Below, piece after piece: positions 9,131 to 18,284 of a stretch of DNA of 64,000 nucleotides. Position numbers and translations under genes: made by a program. Each line of letters starts with the position of its first letter. Within the stretch, counting starts at the first letter, position 1. Origin of the DNA: Actinomycetota bacterium (GTDB taxonomy: Bacteria > Actinomycetota > UBA4738 > CALAEC01). The DNA is taken from NCBI GenBank assembly GCA_052039025.1, contig JBQGDK010000144.1, positions 1,069 through 65,068 on the forward strand, given 5' to 3'. The notes beneath the pieces were generated by a model. It searched no databases, was not told where the DNA came from, and saw only the letters and a program-made list of their open reading frames with translations.

Positions 9131-10462
9131 GTGCCGACCGAGGGACGAGGCGTGCCGACCATCGGGGTCGCGATCTCGGGTGGGGGTCACCGAGCCGGGC
9201 TCTCTGGGCTCGGGGTATTGCTTTATCTGGCCGATGCCGAAAAGAACCGCCACGTGGCCTCCGTCTCTTCGGTCTCCGGCGGCTCCCTCACCAACGGCTA
9301 CGTAGCGCAGGCTGTCAATTACGCGGATGTGCCTCCAGACGACTTCCGGAAGGCGGTGGCGCCGTTGGCGCGACGCCTCGCCCGCACGGGCACGTTCTTC
9401 CCGCCCTCACCCTTCACGTGGGTCTACCTCTTCCTGCTGGGTGCGCTCCTCCTCGCGCTCATACTCATGTGGTGGACGCCATGGGCGATCTGGGTTCGCG
9501 CGGGTGCGTTCGTGCTGGGGGTCGTGGCCTTTTTCGGGCTCGCGGCTACCCGTGGCCTCGTGTGCTCCCGGGCACTGGCGCGCACGCTGTATGCGCCCGC
9601 AGGGCATGCGACCCGGCTCGCTGAGATCCACGACGAAGTCCAGCATGTGATCTGTGCGACGGACCTGCACGCCGGAGAGCATGTGTACTTCTCCAAGGAG
9701 TTTGTCTGCTCCTACCGCTTCGGGTGGGGCACCCCAGCCGATCTGCCGCTGCACGTCGCGGTGCAGTGTTCCGCGGCACTGCCCGGCGCCTTCCCGCCCC
9801 GGTGGCTGCCGGTGTCCCCACACGCCTTCGCCGAAGGCCAGCCCGAGGCCGCCGGGACCACCCGGATGGCGCTTGTCGACGGCGGAGTCTACGACAACAT
9901 GGCCGACCAATGGATGATTGGCCTTCCGGAGCGTCGGCGCCACTGGCCCTCGCACGCCGTCGCGATGCGCGAGCCCGAGGAGATCGTGATCGCCAACGCC
10001 TCAGCCGGTCTTGGCTGGGAACCGATCGGAGGCATACGCCTGCCCATCGTGGGCGAGATCGCGGCGCTATTGCGCGACAAGACCGTCCTGTACGACAACG
10101 GCAACACCGTTCGACGCCGACTCGCCCTCGAGCGATTCCGGACGGGGCAGATCCGTGGGGCTATAGTGGATATCGCTCGAAGCCCGCTGGAGGTGGCCGA
10201 CCGTTTCGCCGCCGGCACCGACGACGCAGCCGCCCGCGCTCGCGCAGTGGTGGCGCTCCTTGAGCCGGAGCGGGTCGCGTGGCGAGAGATCGCTGAGCTC
10301 GATGCCCGGATGGGGACGACCCTTTGGGGCTTCAAGGGGGCGGCGGGGGCGCGGTTGCTGCGCCACGCCTACGTGCTGGCGATGGCGAACCTGCACGTGC
10401 TCTTGGACTACCCGCTGCTTCCGGTGCCCACCCAAGCCTCGTTCGAGGAGCTGGTTGCATGA
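9131..10462 (+). CDS. patatin-like phospholipase with an inserted 2-TM segment
   Basis: GVAISGGGHRAG (oxyanion GGGxR/KG), SGGS (GxSxG nucleophile) and LVDGGVYDN (DGG Asp) motifs; a hydrophobic insert WVYLFLLGALLLALILMWW...FVLGVVAFFGLAA. Confidence 0.8.
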   Translation: MPTEGRGVPTIGVAISGGGHRAGLSGLGVLLYLADAEKNRHVASVSSVSGGSLTNGYVAQAVNYADVPPDDFRKAVAPLARRLARTGTFFPPSPFTWVYLFLLGALLLALILMWWTPWAIWVRAGAFVLGVVAFFGLAATRGLVCSRALARTLYAPAGHATRLAEIHDEVQHVICATDLHAGEHVYFSKEFVCSYRFGWGTPADLPLHVAVQCSAALPGAFPPRWLPVSPHAFAEGQPEAAGTTRMALVDGGVYDNMADQWMIGLPERRRHWPSHAVAMREPEEIVIANASAGLGWEPIGGIRLPIVGEIAALLRDKTVLYDNGNTVRRRLALERFRTGQIRGAIVDIARSPLEVADRFAAGTDDAAARARAVVALLEPERVAWREIAELDARMGTTLWGFKGAAGARLLRHAYVLAMANLHVLLDYPLLPVPTQASFEELVA

Positions 10463-10980
10463 GCACCTCGAGTGGTCCGGGGGTCGCACCGTGGATCCCC
10501 CGAACGCTTGCCTCTTTCGACGTCTCGAAGCTCGTCTACGTCGTGGTGGACGAGCTCGAGTCCGACCGCGTCGGTCTCTGCATCTCGCCGTGGCCCGTGA
10601 TCGATTCGCGTGGGCGCCTGAGGTTCGACCTGGAGCAAACCCGGCGGGTCGGCGTGCACCGCGAGGCCTTGGAGGAGAGGCTCGCCAGGCATCGCCGTTC
10701 GAAGCGCCGCGTGGAACGTCCGCTCCGGATCGGGGACGTGTTTGCGGTCCAGCTTCGCGGACGCCAACGCCCTAGGGAGGGCACGATCAGCGATCCGGCG
10801 CGCTGGATGGGTCCCCCCATCGTCGATGTGACGCGCGAGTCGCGGGAGGTTGCGAAGCTCGCCTTCCACGCCGCGGTGGCACCGCTGCTCCACCCGAAGC
10901 GAGATCGCGCGGTAATCGAGCTGGCGCCCGAGACCGGCGTGACCCTTCACGGCCCAGCACCCCGGAGGAAACGCTCGTGA
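10457..10980 (+). CDS. hypothetical protein (174 aa), middle gene of the patatin operon
   Basis: ATG overlaps the patatin stop (ATGA) and its stop overlaps the next start (GTGA); no recognisable domain. Confidence 0.55.
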
Positions 10981-12137
10981 CGGGCCCGATTGCGCCCGTG
11001 CCCACGAGCCGGCTGGCCGCCGGCGACTTCTGCTCAGACATCGACGACCGCGACCTCGTGTACTTCTTGTTGAACGTCGGTGATGCCGACTGCCAGCTGA
11101 TCCTGCTGCCCGTCGAGCTGGACCCGCAGAACCAGCCGTTTCGGCGCGCGGTCGTGATCGACGTGGGCGTCACGAAGAAGCTCCCGGCGCTCATCGCCGC
11201 CCTTCGGTCCCCGCCCGTGGGCCCGCCCCTGCTCCGGCCCCAGGCCGGGCCTGGCACGTTCCCGGTCGTCGTCGGATCGCATCCCCACGACGATCACATC
11301 CGGGGGATGGCCGAGCTCTTCGAGAGCTTCGGTCAGGAGATCACCGAGTACTGGGACCCTGGCTATTACTACCCTGGTCAGGCCTACCTCGAGACCATGG
11401 CCTACCTCGAGGACGCCAGCCGCTATGTCTCTTACACCCAGCCGACCGCGGGGATGACCCGGTACGTGGGGGCGGTGAAGCTCGTGGCCCTGTCGCCGGC
11501 GATCGGACTCCGGAGCCGCTTCGACTCCTATGGCGTGGAGCCCAACAACGCCTCGATCGCCCTCAAGGTCGAGTTCCCAGCCTCCCGCGTCGAGCAGCGG
11601 GGGCCGGATCGCCGCTACCTTCGGATCCGGACGACGCAATCGCTCATTCTCGGAGCCGATGCTCAGACCCTTTCTTGGGGCTACGTCATGACGGACTTTC
11701 CCGAGCTTCGTCCCGATGACTCGCCGGTCGCCAAGGAGCTTCGCATGGCGCTCGGGTCTGATCCGCTCAGAGCCTCGGTGTTTAAGATCCCCCATCACGG
11801 CTCCAAGCACGGGGTCAATCTGGAGCTCGTCGAGCTCATCCATCCCGCGATCGGCCTGGTGTCCTCGGTGAACGGGGGTGGCAAGTACCAGTTCCCCCAC
11901 GAGGTATCGATCGAAGCCATCCGCGAGGGGATGGAGCCCACCACCTCAGGCGGCCATGAGCGAAGCGACGACTGGGACCTCGAGCTGCACTACACGGCCG
12001 CGAAGGACTCCGTCGGAGCAGTGCTCGGATCGATCGGGCTGGTGCTCTCCCCCACTGGCAGGAAACGCCATCTCTGGCGCTTCGGTGATGCTCCCGCGCA
12101 CCGCGTCGACCTGACCATGGGGCGCCGCTTCTCCTGA
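10977..12137 (+). CDS. metallo-beta-lactamase fold hydrolase (ComEC/Rec2-like MBL domain)
   Basis: VVVGSHPHDDHIRG (HxHxDH) and KIPHHGSKHG motifs; translationally coupled to the preceding gene. Confidence 0.7.
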   Translation: MTGPIAPVPTSRLAAGDFCSDIDDRDLVYFLLNVGDADCQLILLPVELDPQNQPFRRAVVIDVGVTKKLPALIAALRSPPVGPPLLRPQAGPGTFPVVVGSHPHDDHIRGMAELFESFGQEITEYWDPGYYYPGQAYLETMAYLEDASRYVSYTQPTAGMTRYVGAVKLVALSPAIGLRSRFDSYGVEPNNASIALKVEFPASRVEQRGPDRRYLRIRTTQSLILGADAQTLSWGYVMTDFPELRPDDSPVAKELRMALGSDPLRASVFKIPHHGSKHGVNLELVELIHPAIGLVSSVNGGGKYQFPHEVSIEAIREGMEPTTSGGHERSDDWDLELHYTAAKDSVGAVLGSIGLVLSPTGRKRHLWRFGDAPAHRVDLTMGRRFS

Positions 12138-12300
12138 GATCGGGATCGTCACTGTCCGAGGAAGAGCCCGTCGGAGAGGGGGCGATCGCCCTGAACTCCC
12201 GCCGCTACCCCTCCTGGCGCTAATGGAGGAGGTGCAGCTCCGCACCGGCTCGTCTTCCGCGATGGCCCGCATTAACGCGACTGGTCCGCGGTTCGTGCTC

Positions 12301-13017
12301 TTAGACCTCGGTGACCTGAACCGTGCGCTGATCCCAGCCAGTGAACCGGTCGCCGCCCTCCTCGACCAGGGCGAAGGCAGTGACCGCGGCGGGCCCGGGG
12401 GACCACCCTTGGGAGTTCTCGAGCCTGACCGGCCAGGTATGCGAGCCCCCATCGCAGGTCGGTACGTAGAAGGCCTGGCTCGGGTAGCGGAAGACCGGTG
12501 ACTGCAGCCCGGTGCTGCCCACCGGACACGCCACCGTGACATCGATCACCAGTGACGTGCCGCCGTCCTGGAGGAGCCCCTCATCGGCCAAGGCCACCGT
12601 GACGATCGGGCCGAACCGCATGACCTGCGCGTCTTGGACCTCCTTCGTGCGGCCCTGCCTGAAGAGGACGGCCGCGCTCACCTGCGCTTGCCCGGTCTTG
12701 AACACGCCATCGGACGGCACGGTAACTTCGATGATGTCGCGTCCGATGCAGCGCGGCGAGAAGGGTGCCTCGCCCGACGCCTGCGGCTGGACCACGCTGA
12801 CCCGTGCCTCCACGACAGTCTGCTGCTCCAAGCAGTAGACGTCGAGGCGCACAATCGCCGCCTGGCTATCGGGCCTGAGCCCGACCGACTGCAAATAGAC
12901 CCCCGGGTCCTGCGAGTTGCCAGCAGCGGCAGGCTGTGCGGTGCCGGCCACAACCAGGGCGAGCAGGCCGGTAAGCGCCAGCCGATGCATCCGGCGAAAC
13001 GCATAGCTTCTTCCCAT
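12301..13017 (-). CDS. secreted hypothetical protein
   Basis: ATG 13017 after a gggagg RBS; MGRSYAFRRMHRLALTGLLALVVAGTAQPAAAG signal peptide; several Cys; no known domain. The 323-aa track ORF is over-extended. Confidence 0.55.
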   Translation of the reverse strand: MGRSYAFRRMHRLALTGLLALVVAGTAQPAAAGNSQDPGVYLQSVGLRPDSQAAIVRLDVYCLEQQTVVEARVSVVQPQASGEAPFSPRCIGRDIIEVTVPSDGVFKTGQAQVSAAVLFRQGRTKEVQDAQVMRFGPIVTVALADEGLLQDGGTSLVIDVTVACPVGSTGLQSPVFRYPSQAFYVPTCDGGSHTWPVRLENSQGWSPGPAAVTAFALVEEGGDRFTGWDQRTVQVTEV

Positions 13018-13531
13018 GACTACCTCCCGTGACCGACCGACTGCTTGCCTCCAGGCAGAAGCAGCGCACGAAGTGTCTATGAGCGTCGGGCCCTCCCGGG
13101 GGTCGGGACAGTTGGCCGGCGACCGGGCGGCGAAAGGTCTTCTGCTCGTAGCCGCAGTCGATCGACGCAGGCGCGACGTGGTCCGAGCCGAGACGACCCC
13201 GTGGCCGGCCGGGACCACCCTGATGGTCACCTCCTCACGCCCCGACCGTAACGTTCCGTGGTCGCAGCGCACCAGGCCAGACTCCGAGCAGTCGCTCCTC
13301 GCATCGCGGCCCCAAGGGCCACTCGTCTACCAAGTCCCACACTAGGTACTACTGGCGGGTCGCCCCAGTGGATTGCGATTTGGGCTAGCTCGCCAGTAGC
13401 GCCACCTGGGTCCCGCGCGCTATCCCGTGGGGTAACGAATTCAATCGGGCCGCTGACCTGCGGCGTTGTCGTGAGGGCGTCGAGGCGGTCGGGCTGCGTC
13501 TCGTGCTCGCGTTCCTCCTGTATCGCCTCTC

Positions 13532-13860
13532 ATGCGGCTTCGCCTGCTCGTTCGGGCGGGCTTCCATGACCAGGAGCTGGAGATCGCCGTGCTCCACCAT
13601 CAGCTGCGGGTCCTCACCCAGGGAGGGAAGGGGCCCCGCTACACCTCCGCCGACCGGCCAGGGAGGACCCGGATAGGGTTACTTGAGGATCCGAGGAGAG
13701 GTGCTGAAGCTCGGGGCCCGGTTTTCGGCCACCGCGATCCGGACGATTCTTCGCCGAGTGGGCTCGGCCCCGCTCGACCAAGGAGCGATCCCACCTGGAC
13801 GACGCCGCTTAGGCCGGGTGTCGGATTTCTGTACCCCGCAGGCCGGCCTAATCGTCTCCG
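13532..13860 (+). mobile_element. transposase relic (integrase-core-type IS, HTH N-terminus), frameshifted fragment
   Basis: Two frames give ...ELEIAVLHHQLRVLTQ... and ...MRIRGEVLKLGARFSATAIRTILRRVGSAP..., matching the conserved N-terminal region of actinobacterial integrase-core-type IS transposases (family uncertain); no intact ORF. Confidence 0.5.
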
Positions 13861-13873
13861 GTTTGGGGAGCGG

Positions 13874-14980
13874 CTACAGGATCTGCTCGGCCACCTCCAC
13901 TCGAAGCAGGCTCCTCACGTTCTCGATCTGGTTGGCTATCGTCGCCACAGACGATCCGGCGAACAGGAGCCCCACGGCCACCTCGTCCAGCGTGCTGATG
14001 AGGGACCCGGAATCGCCTGGTGCGGACATGTTCGTGGTGACGATCTGGTCGAGGAACCGAGCCACCCTGCCTCCGCCGTACGCAACGTCGATGGTGGCAC
14101 TCACGGCAATGATCCGACCAACTGTGAAGTTGGTTGTTCGTCCACTCTTCTGGACAAGCGTTCCAACGGTGACGTTGGCCTTGCGGCGCCACCCGCGGAT
14201 GTTTCCGACCCAGTGAATCTCCCGGTCGATGTCGTGATATGCCGCCTCGGCTAGGGCAGCATCCACCAGGTTCCGGTGGAAGGCCCTCGGCATCGGTGGC
14301 TCAAACGTGATGGGGATAAACCGACTCAACCGGGCGACGACGTCCGCAGGGAAGAGGCCGCCGTCGAAGGGCCCGGGCTGAAGAATCGGATCCCCGATCG
14401 CTCCGGCGTTGCTGTTGGCCAGGACGTGGTTGTTGCTGAGGACGAAGTAGCGGGCCGGGATACCCACGCCGGGTGCCGGCGGGCTTATGGTGCCGCCCGG
14501 CAGGATATCGTAGACGGCAGTGGCGATCGTTCCCGCCGTGATGTCCTTGTGACCGACGCTGTAGCCCCCCTCGACGGGACGGAGACGCTTCGTGAGGGTC
14601 TGGACCCCCACCTCGGACATGAGCAAGGGCGCCTCGTGAGCCACTATGCCCCCGTCGCCCCCCTCTGGCATGAGTTGCTCGGCGACCACCTCCCCGATCT
14701 CCACGACGTCCGTGGTTAAGTCCTGCACGGTTGGGGGGATGAGCTCATCCCGGGTGAGGTCGTCCTTCGGGACTTTGTGGGTGACGAGTACGAGGAGCGC
14801 AGGCTCCCCCGTGAGCTCACCCTCGGTTTCCTTCACGCCGATACCTACCCCGACGACGTTAGGCTTCTGTAGCCGAGGATCCTCAGGGAGGAGCTCCGGG
14901 ACCGCCTTCGCGTGAGGCCCCGCGAGCTCCGCTTGGACGTCCTCGGTAAGCATGGCCTTGGTTTCGTCGAATGGTTTCAT
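13874..14980 (-). CDS. trypsin-like (S1 family) serine protease with N-terminal accessory domain
   Basis: SAPGDSGSLI (GDSG Ser motif) and NNHVLA (His); start chosen at ATG 14980 (gaaggaagg RBS) rather than 15100 to avoid a 50-nt overlap with the upstream gene. Confidence 0.6.
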   Translation of the reverse strand: MKPFDETKAMLTEDVQAELAGPHAKAVPELLPEDPRLQKPNVVGVGIGVKETEGELTGEPALLVLVTHKVPKDDLTRDELIPPTVQDLTTDVVEIGEVVAEQLMPEGGDGGIVAHEAPLLMSEVGVQTLTKRLRPVEGGYSVGHKDITAGTIATAVYDILPGGTISPPAPGVGIPARYFVLSNNHVLANSNAGAIGDPILQPGPFDGGLFPADVVARLSRFIPITFEPPMPRAFHRNLVDAALAEAAYHDIDREIHWVGNIRGWRRKANVTVGTLVQKSGRTTNFTVGRIIAVSATIDVAYGGGRVARFLDQIVTTNMSAPGDSGSLISTLDEVAVGLLFAGSSVATIANQIENVRSLLRVEVAEQIL

Positions 14981-15047
14981 GGAGCCGCCCGCCTTCCTTC
15001 CGGGCTTGCTGCCCGGCTTCGTTGCGCGCTTCCCGGCAGCCTTCTTC

Positions 15048-15284
15048 TCAGGTTTGCGCGGTGACCTCTCCGATCTCCTCGACGTCGGTGTCATAGCCAT
15101 CGATCCTCTTGGGCACGACCGCCTCGGGAGCGAGTACTGCCTCGGGCACCTTCGCGGTGACGAAGACCTTGATCACGCTGCGGCCCTCCTTCTCACCGAT
15201 TCCGCACCCGACCACATTTGGAAGCTTCATCAGCTCCGGCTCGACCCGGGCCTTGACGGACTCGATACTCACACTCATCGTCAT
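15048..15284 (-). CDS. small protein paralogous to the protease N-terminal domain (79 aa)
   Basis: MTMSVSIESVKARVEPELMKLPNVVGCGIGEKEG...VPKRIDGYDTDVEEIGEV aligns with NVVGVGIGVKETEG...TDVVEIGEV of the downstream protease; ggggga RBS. Confidence 0.5.
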   Translation of the reverse strand: MTMSVSIESVKARVEPELMKLPNVVGCGIGEKEGRSVIKVFVTAKVPEAVLAPEAVVPKRIDGYDTDVEEIGEVTAQT

Positions 15285-15579
15285 CCCCCTTCTAGCGCCT
15301 GGCTGTGACGGGCGGCCCACGAATCTCGACCTGCCGCGCCCACCGGACCGGTGACGACGTCCCTCTCGCACTCCGCCTTCGGAACATCTCGGGGCGCGGC
15401 AGCCGTTGGGACCGTTCGCAGGAGCGGCCAGGGGCCCGCCGACATAGGCCGGGACCAGCCCGGCCGCCGGCCGCTCTTGGACCACCCGCTCTTAGCGGTT
15501 TAGCCGCTCGATTCCATGCCGAACATACAAGAGACAGGCCGCAACTGGAGCGGCTAGCGAAGCCCAGAGGAGTAACGCG

Positions 15580-15726
15580 GTGAACGAGGTAGAGGCGAAC
15601 GTGCGGCTGATCTACTGCGACCATTGCGGGAGCAAGGTCAGGGCCGTACCGGTGGACTGGTTCACTCTGGACTCGGTCCTCTGCCCAACCTGCCATGCAG
15701 TGGACGAGGACCATCCGCGCCGGTAA
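15580..15726 (+). CDS. zinc-ribbon small protein (48 aa), putative
   Basis: GTG after aggag; CDHCGS...CPTCH gives two CxxC pairs; not in the ORF track (<60 aa). Confidence 0.3.
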   Translation: MNEVEANVRLIYCDHCGSKVRAVPVDWFTLDSVLCPTCHAVDEDHPRR

Positions 15727-16073
15727 ACCGAACACCTCGCCGCCCACCTGCCCCCGGCTAGGAGACCCGCACCTGGTCGTCGGTGAGGCAGCACCAAGTG
15801 GCCGGTAGCTCACGGCGCCAGCCAGATCGTGTCGGCTACGAATGCCCGTTCGATGGCTCCCGTGCGACAGACTGGACAACTGTAGCCCACTTCCTCCGCG
15901 AGGCTAGTCCCCTCTTCGGCCGTCCCCCCGACGGCGGATGCCCGCCTTGAAGGGAACTTGGGGTGGTGTCGCGGAATCGCACTCCTTGAGGAGGACCTCG
16001 AGCATCGAGCCAAGTGCTGGAGGAGCGGACGGCGCTGGCCGCCAGTCCGGGGACGCAATCCCACGGGAGGAAC

Positions 16074-16416
16074 ATGAAGTCGCTCTCGCTCGAGGACCTG
16101 GCGATCCCAGGCCGAGGTGACCCAGAGTACATGCGGCGTCTGATCGAGCTGGGCGCCCTCGATCGGAGGACCGGCCCCGAGCTCTATGGCGCCTCTGACG
16201 TCCGTCGTGTTCAGCTGCTTCGGAGTTGGGAGGTCGCCGGGCTCCCCTGCGGAGACACTGCTGGGCCTGGTTCGGGCGGGGGGGCTCTCCGTCTCGTGGT
16301 TCGATGCTGCGGTGAACACCCGAGCAGAACGCCTGGACGTGACCTACGAGGAGGTCTGCCGGAAGCAAGACATCCCGCTCGCCCTCATGCGAGCCCTCCA
16401 GTGCTCTTCCACCTGA
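16074..16416 (+). pseudogene. frameshifted hypothetical gene
   Basis: MKSLSLEDLAIPGRGDPEYMRRLIELGALDRRTGPELYGASDVRRVQLLRSWEVAGL continues sensibly only after a +1 shift into the 16186..16416 frame (...LLGLVRAGGLSVSWFDAAVNTRAERLDVTYEEVCRKQDIPLALMRAL). Confidence 0.3.
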
Positions 16417-16468
16417 TCAGAGGCTGCTTCGATGAACACTTGGCTGCAGTACGGCCGGGGTTTGTTCG

Positions 16469-16510
16469 TGGGGCGGGGAGGACTTGAACCTCCGATTGAC
16501 GGATTATGAG
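16469..16510 (-). repeat. tRNA 3'-end-like element copy B (GGAGG-TTCAAGT-CCTCC + CCGCCCC-A), followed by ~350 nt without convincing ORFs
   Basis: Same conserved block as copy A, extended by ...CGACGGATTATGAG, which is shared with copies C and D. Confidence 0.6.
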
Positions 16511-16837
16511 GCCGTAGCCAAGCGACCCAGCGACCTGCGGGGTTGGGTGCAGGCCCTGGTCAGGCGCTCGACTGGGTCCTATAGCTTCATGCGCGTTGGT
16601 ACTCGCTTCTGTGCAAGTTGCGGCATTCCTGCGGCATGCAAGGCAAGCAATTCAGTGCCCGAATCGCGAGTAGCTTCATGCCTAGGTTTGCTGATCAGGG
16701 TGACTTCCGACGGGGTATCCCTGCAGTCCGCCTCCGCGTAAAGGTTCGGGGGCCGGACAGACCTTCAGCTGCCGCTCGGCCCGATCCTCGAAGGTGAGCT
16801 CCTCTCCGGAGGCCAGCTGGTACCGACGCTGGCCTTC

Positions 16838-17407
16838 CTAGGACGAGGGCTCTTGCGTCTCTGGGCTCTCCGGCTGGGCTACTCTGCTTCGCCTCGCACT
16901 CCACCGCCCGCTCCCTGGGATCTCTAGGCGCACGTAGCCGGCCGAGTGAACCCCCGTCGCGACGAGCCCGGCAGCCAGGAACCCCACCCCGGCGATCCAC
17001 AGGATGTGCCAAAAGCCGGCGACGATCCCGACGAAGGCAGAAAACTGGGCGACCGCGTGAGCGATCTTGGCGATGACGGAAGGAGTCCGGCGGCGACGGA
17101 AGACCTCCTGTCGGTTGACCATCACCAGAGCCGCCAGGAGGGGGATGGCAACCGAGAACGCGATGACGGAGGCCTTGGCGGACCCGTCGAGCGATGGTGC
17201 GATAAGGAACGGCTGCACCATGACCACGGCGATCCCGATCAGGCCGCCATAGATCAATCCGAGCTGCCTGAGCCCCTCTTCACCTCTGGTGGCTTCGGCC
17301 GTAACTTGCTCACTGAGTTCCCCCGCCCCCGCCCGCTCCTCCTGGGCCATCCGCCTTGCCTCCTCGGCCATCACACGGGCTTGTTCTTGCGCCGAGTCTT
17401 CTGTCAT
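16838..17407 (-). CDS. membrane protein (hypothetical, 4 TM)
   Basis: Charged N-terminus, then helices GLIYGGLIGIAVVMV, SVIAFSVAIPLLAALVMV, HAVAQFSAFVGIVAGFWHILWIAGVGFLAAGLV. Confidence 0.5.
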   Translation of the reverse strand: MTEDSAQEQARVMAEEARRMAQEERAGAGELSEQVTAEATRGEEGLRQLGLIYGGLIGIAVVMVQPFLIAPSLDGSAKASVIAFSVAIPLLAALVMVNRQEVFRRRRTPSVIAKIAHAVAQFSAFVGIVAGFWHILWIAGVGFLAAGLVATGVHSAGYVRLEIPGSGRWSARRSRVAQPESPETQEPSS

Positions 17408-17510
17408 TGGTCACCCCTTTCAGCTGGATGTCACGAGTTGCTCCGGTCGTGGGTCCATCCCAGCGACAAGCCCTTCGCCTGCGGCAGGCTGATCGTAGGC
17501 GGAGCGAGGG

Positions 17511-18284
17511 CTAACCGTAATAAGCCTTTGTGTCCTCGAACCTGAACTTGGCCGCGGCCAGCACCGTGAACAGGATCCCGAAGCCGATCAGGACAAGCAC
17601 CGGCACCACGATGTCGCCGAGCCCTCCGTCCTCCAGGACGATCGACCGGAACCCGTTCATCGCCCAGTAGGTGGGCAGCACGGGGGCGATGGCCTGGGCC
17701 CAGCCCGGCATGGCCGACACGGGGACGAAGGCACCACCGAGCATGGCCATACCGAACCCGCCCACGGTAGCGAATGCATTGAGCTGGTTCATGGTCCGAG
17801 ACACCGCCGTCACGGCCATCCCGAAGGCGCTCAGAGAGAGCGCCAGGACCACGATGAGGACGGCGAGCGACATCACCGATCCGGTGATGTGGAGGTCGAA
17901 CAACGGTCCACCGAGAACGAACAGCAGCCCGAGCTGGAGGATGGTCACGGAGACGGTAGGGACCACCTTGCCCGCGATCAGGTCCGCGGAGGTGGCGGGC
18001 GTGGCCCGCAGCCGGTCCCACGTGCCCCACCCGTGATCCCGGAAGAACGTGAACCCCGCGTAGCCGATGCCGAACGCGGCGAACCCCACGGCCATCCCGG
18101 GGACGGCGAACTCCGACCCGTTCGACCCGGGGAACCCGGCGGCGGCGAGTGGGCCGACGAACAGTTGGCGCATCAGCGCCACCATCAGGAGGGGCATGAT
18201 GATCAGGAAGATGATCGTCCCCGGGTCGGTCATCATCACCCGGAACTCGTGACGCATGATGGCCGCGCTAGCTCGCAACGACAC
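17511..18284 (-). CDS. ABC-2 type transporter permease
   Basis: Six-TM ABC-2 permease pattern; adjacent to and overlapping the ATPase gene. Confidence 0.7.
   Translation of the reverse strand: MSLRASAAIMRHEFRVMMTDPGTIIFLIIMPLLMVALMRQLFVGPLAAAGFPGSNGSEFAVPGMAVGFAAFGIGYAGFTFFRDHGWGTWDRLRATPATSADLIAGKVVPTVSVTILQLGLLFVLGGPLFDLHITGSVMSLAVLIVVLALSLSAFGMAVTAVSRTMNQLNAFATVGGFGMAMLGGAFVPVSAMPGWAQAIAPVLPTYWAMNGFRSIVLEDGGLGDIVVPVLVLIGFGILFTVLAAAKFRFEDTKAYYG

Noticed and set aside
13532-14254. ORFs 13532..14254 (+) and 13683..14216 (+) as intact genes
   Set aside because: Only their 5' ~300 nt carry transposase-like sequence. The remainder is antisense to the well-supported protease gene at 13874..14980.
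16469-16850. tmRNA (ssrA) on the minus strand, with copy B as its tRNA-like 3' end
   Set aside because: The 3' end matches a T-arm plus acceptor, and ~380 nt of non-coding sequence follow. But no complementary 5' acceptor strand (GGGGCGG...) and no GGxTTCGAC-type 5' motif occur at the expected distance. The same 3' block also recurs three more times, so a repeated att core is the more economical explanation.
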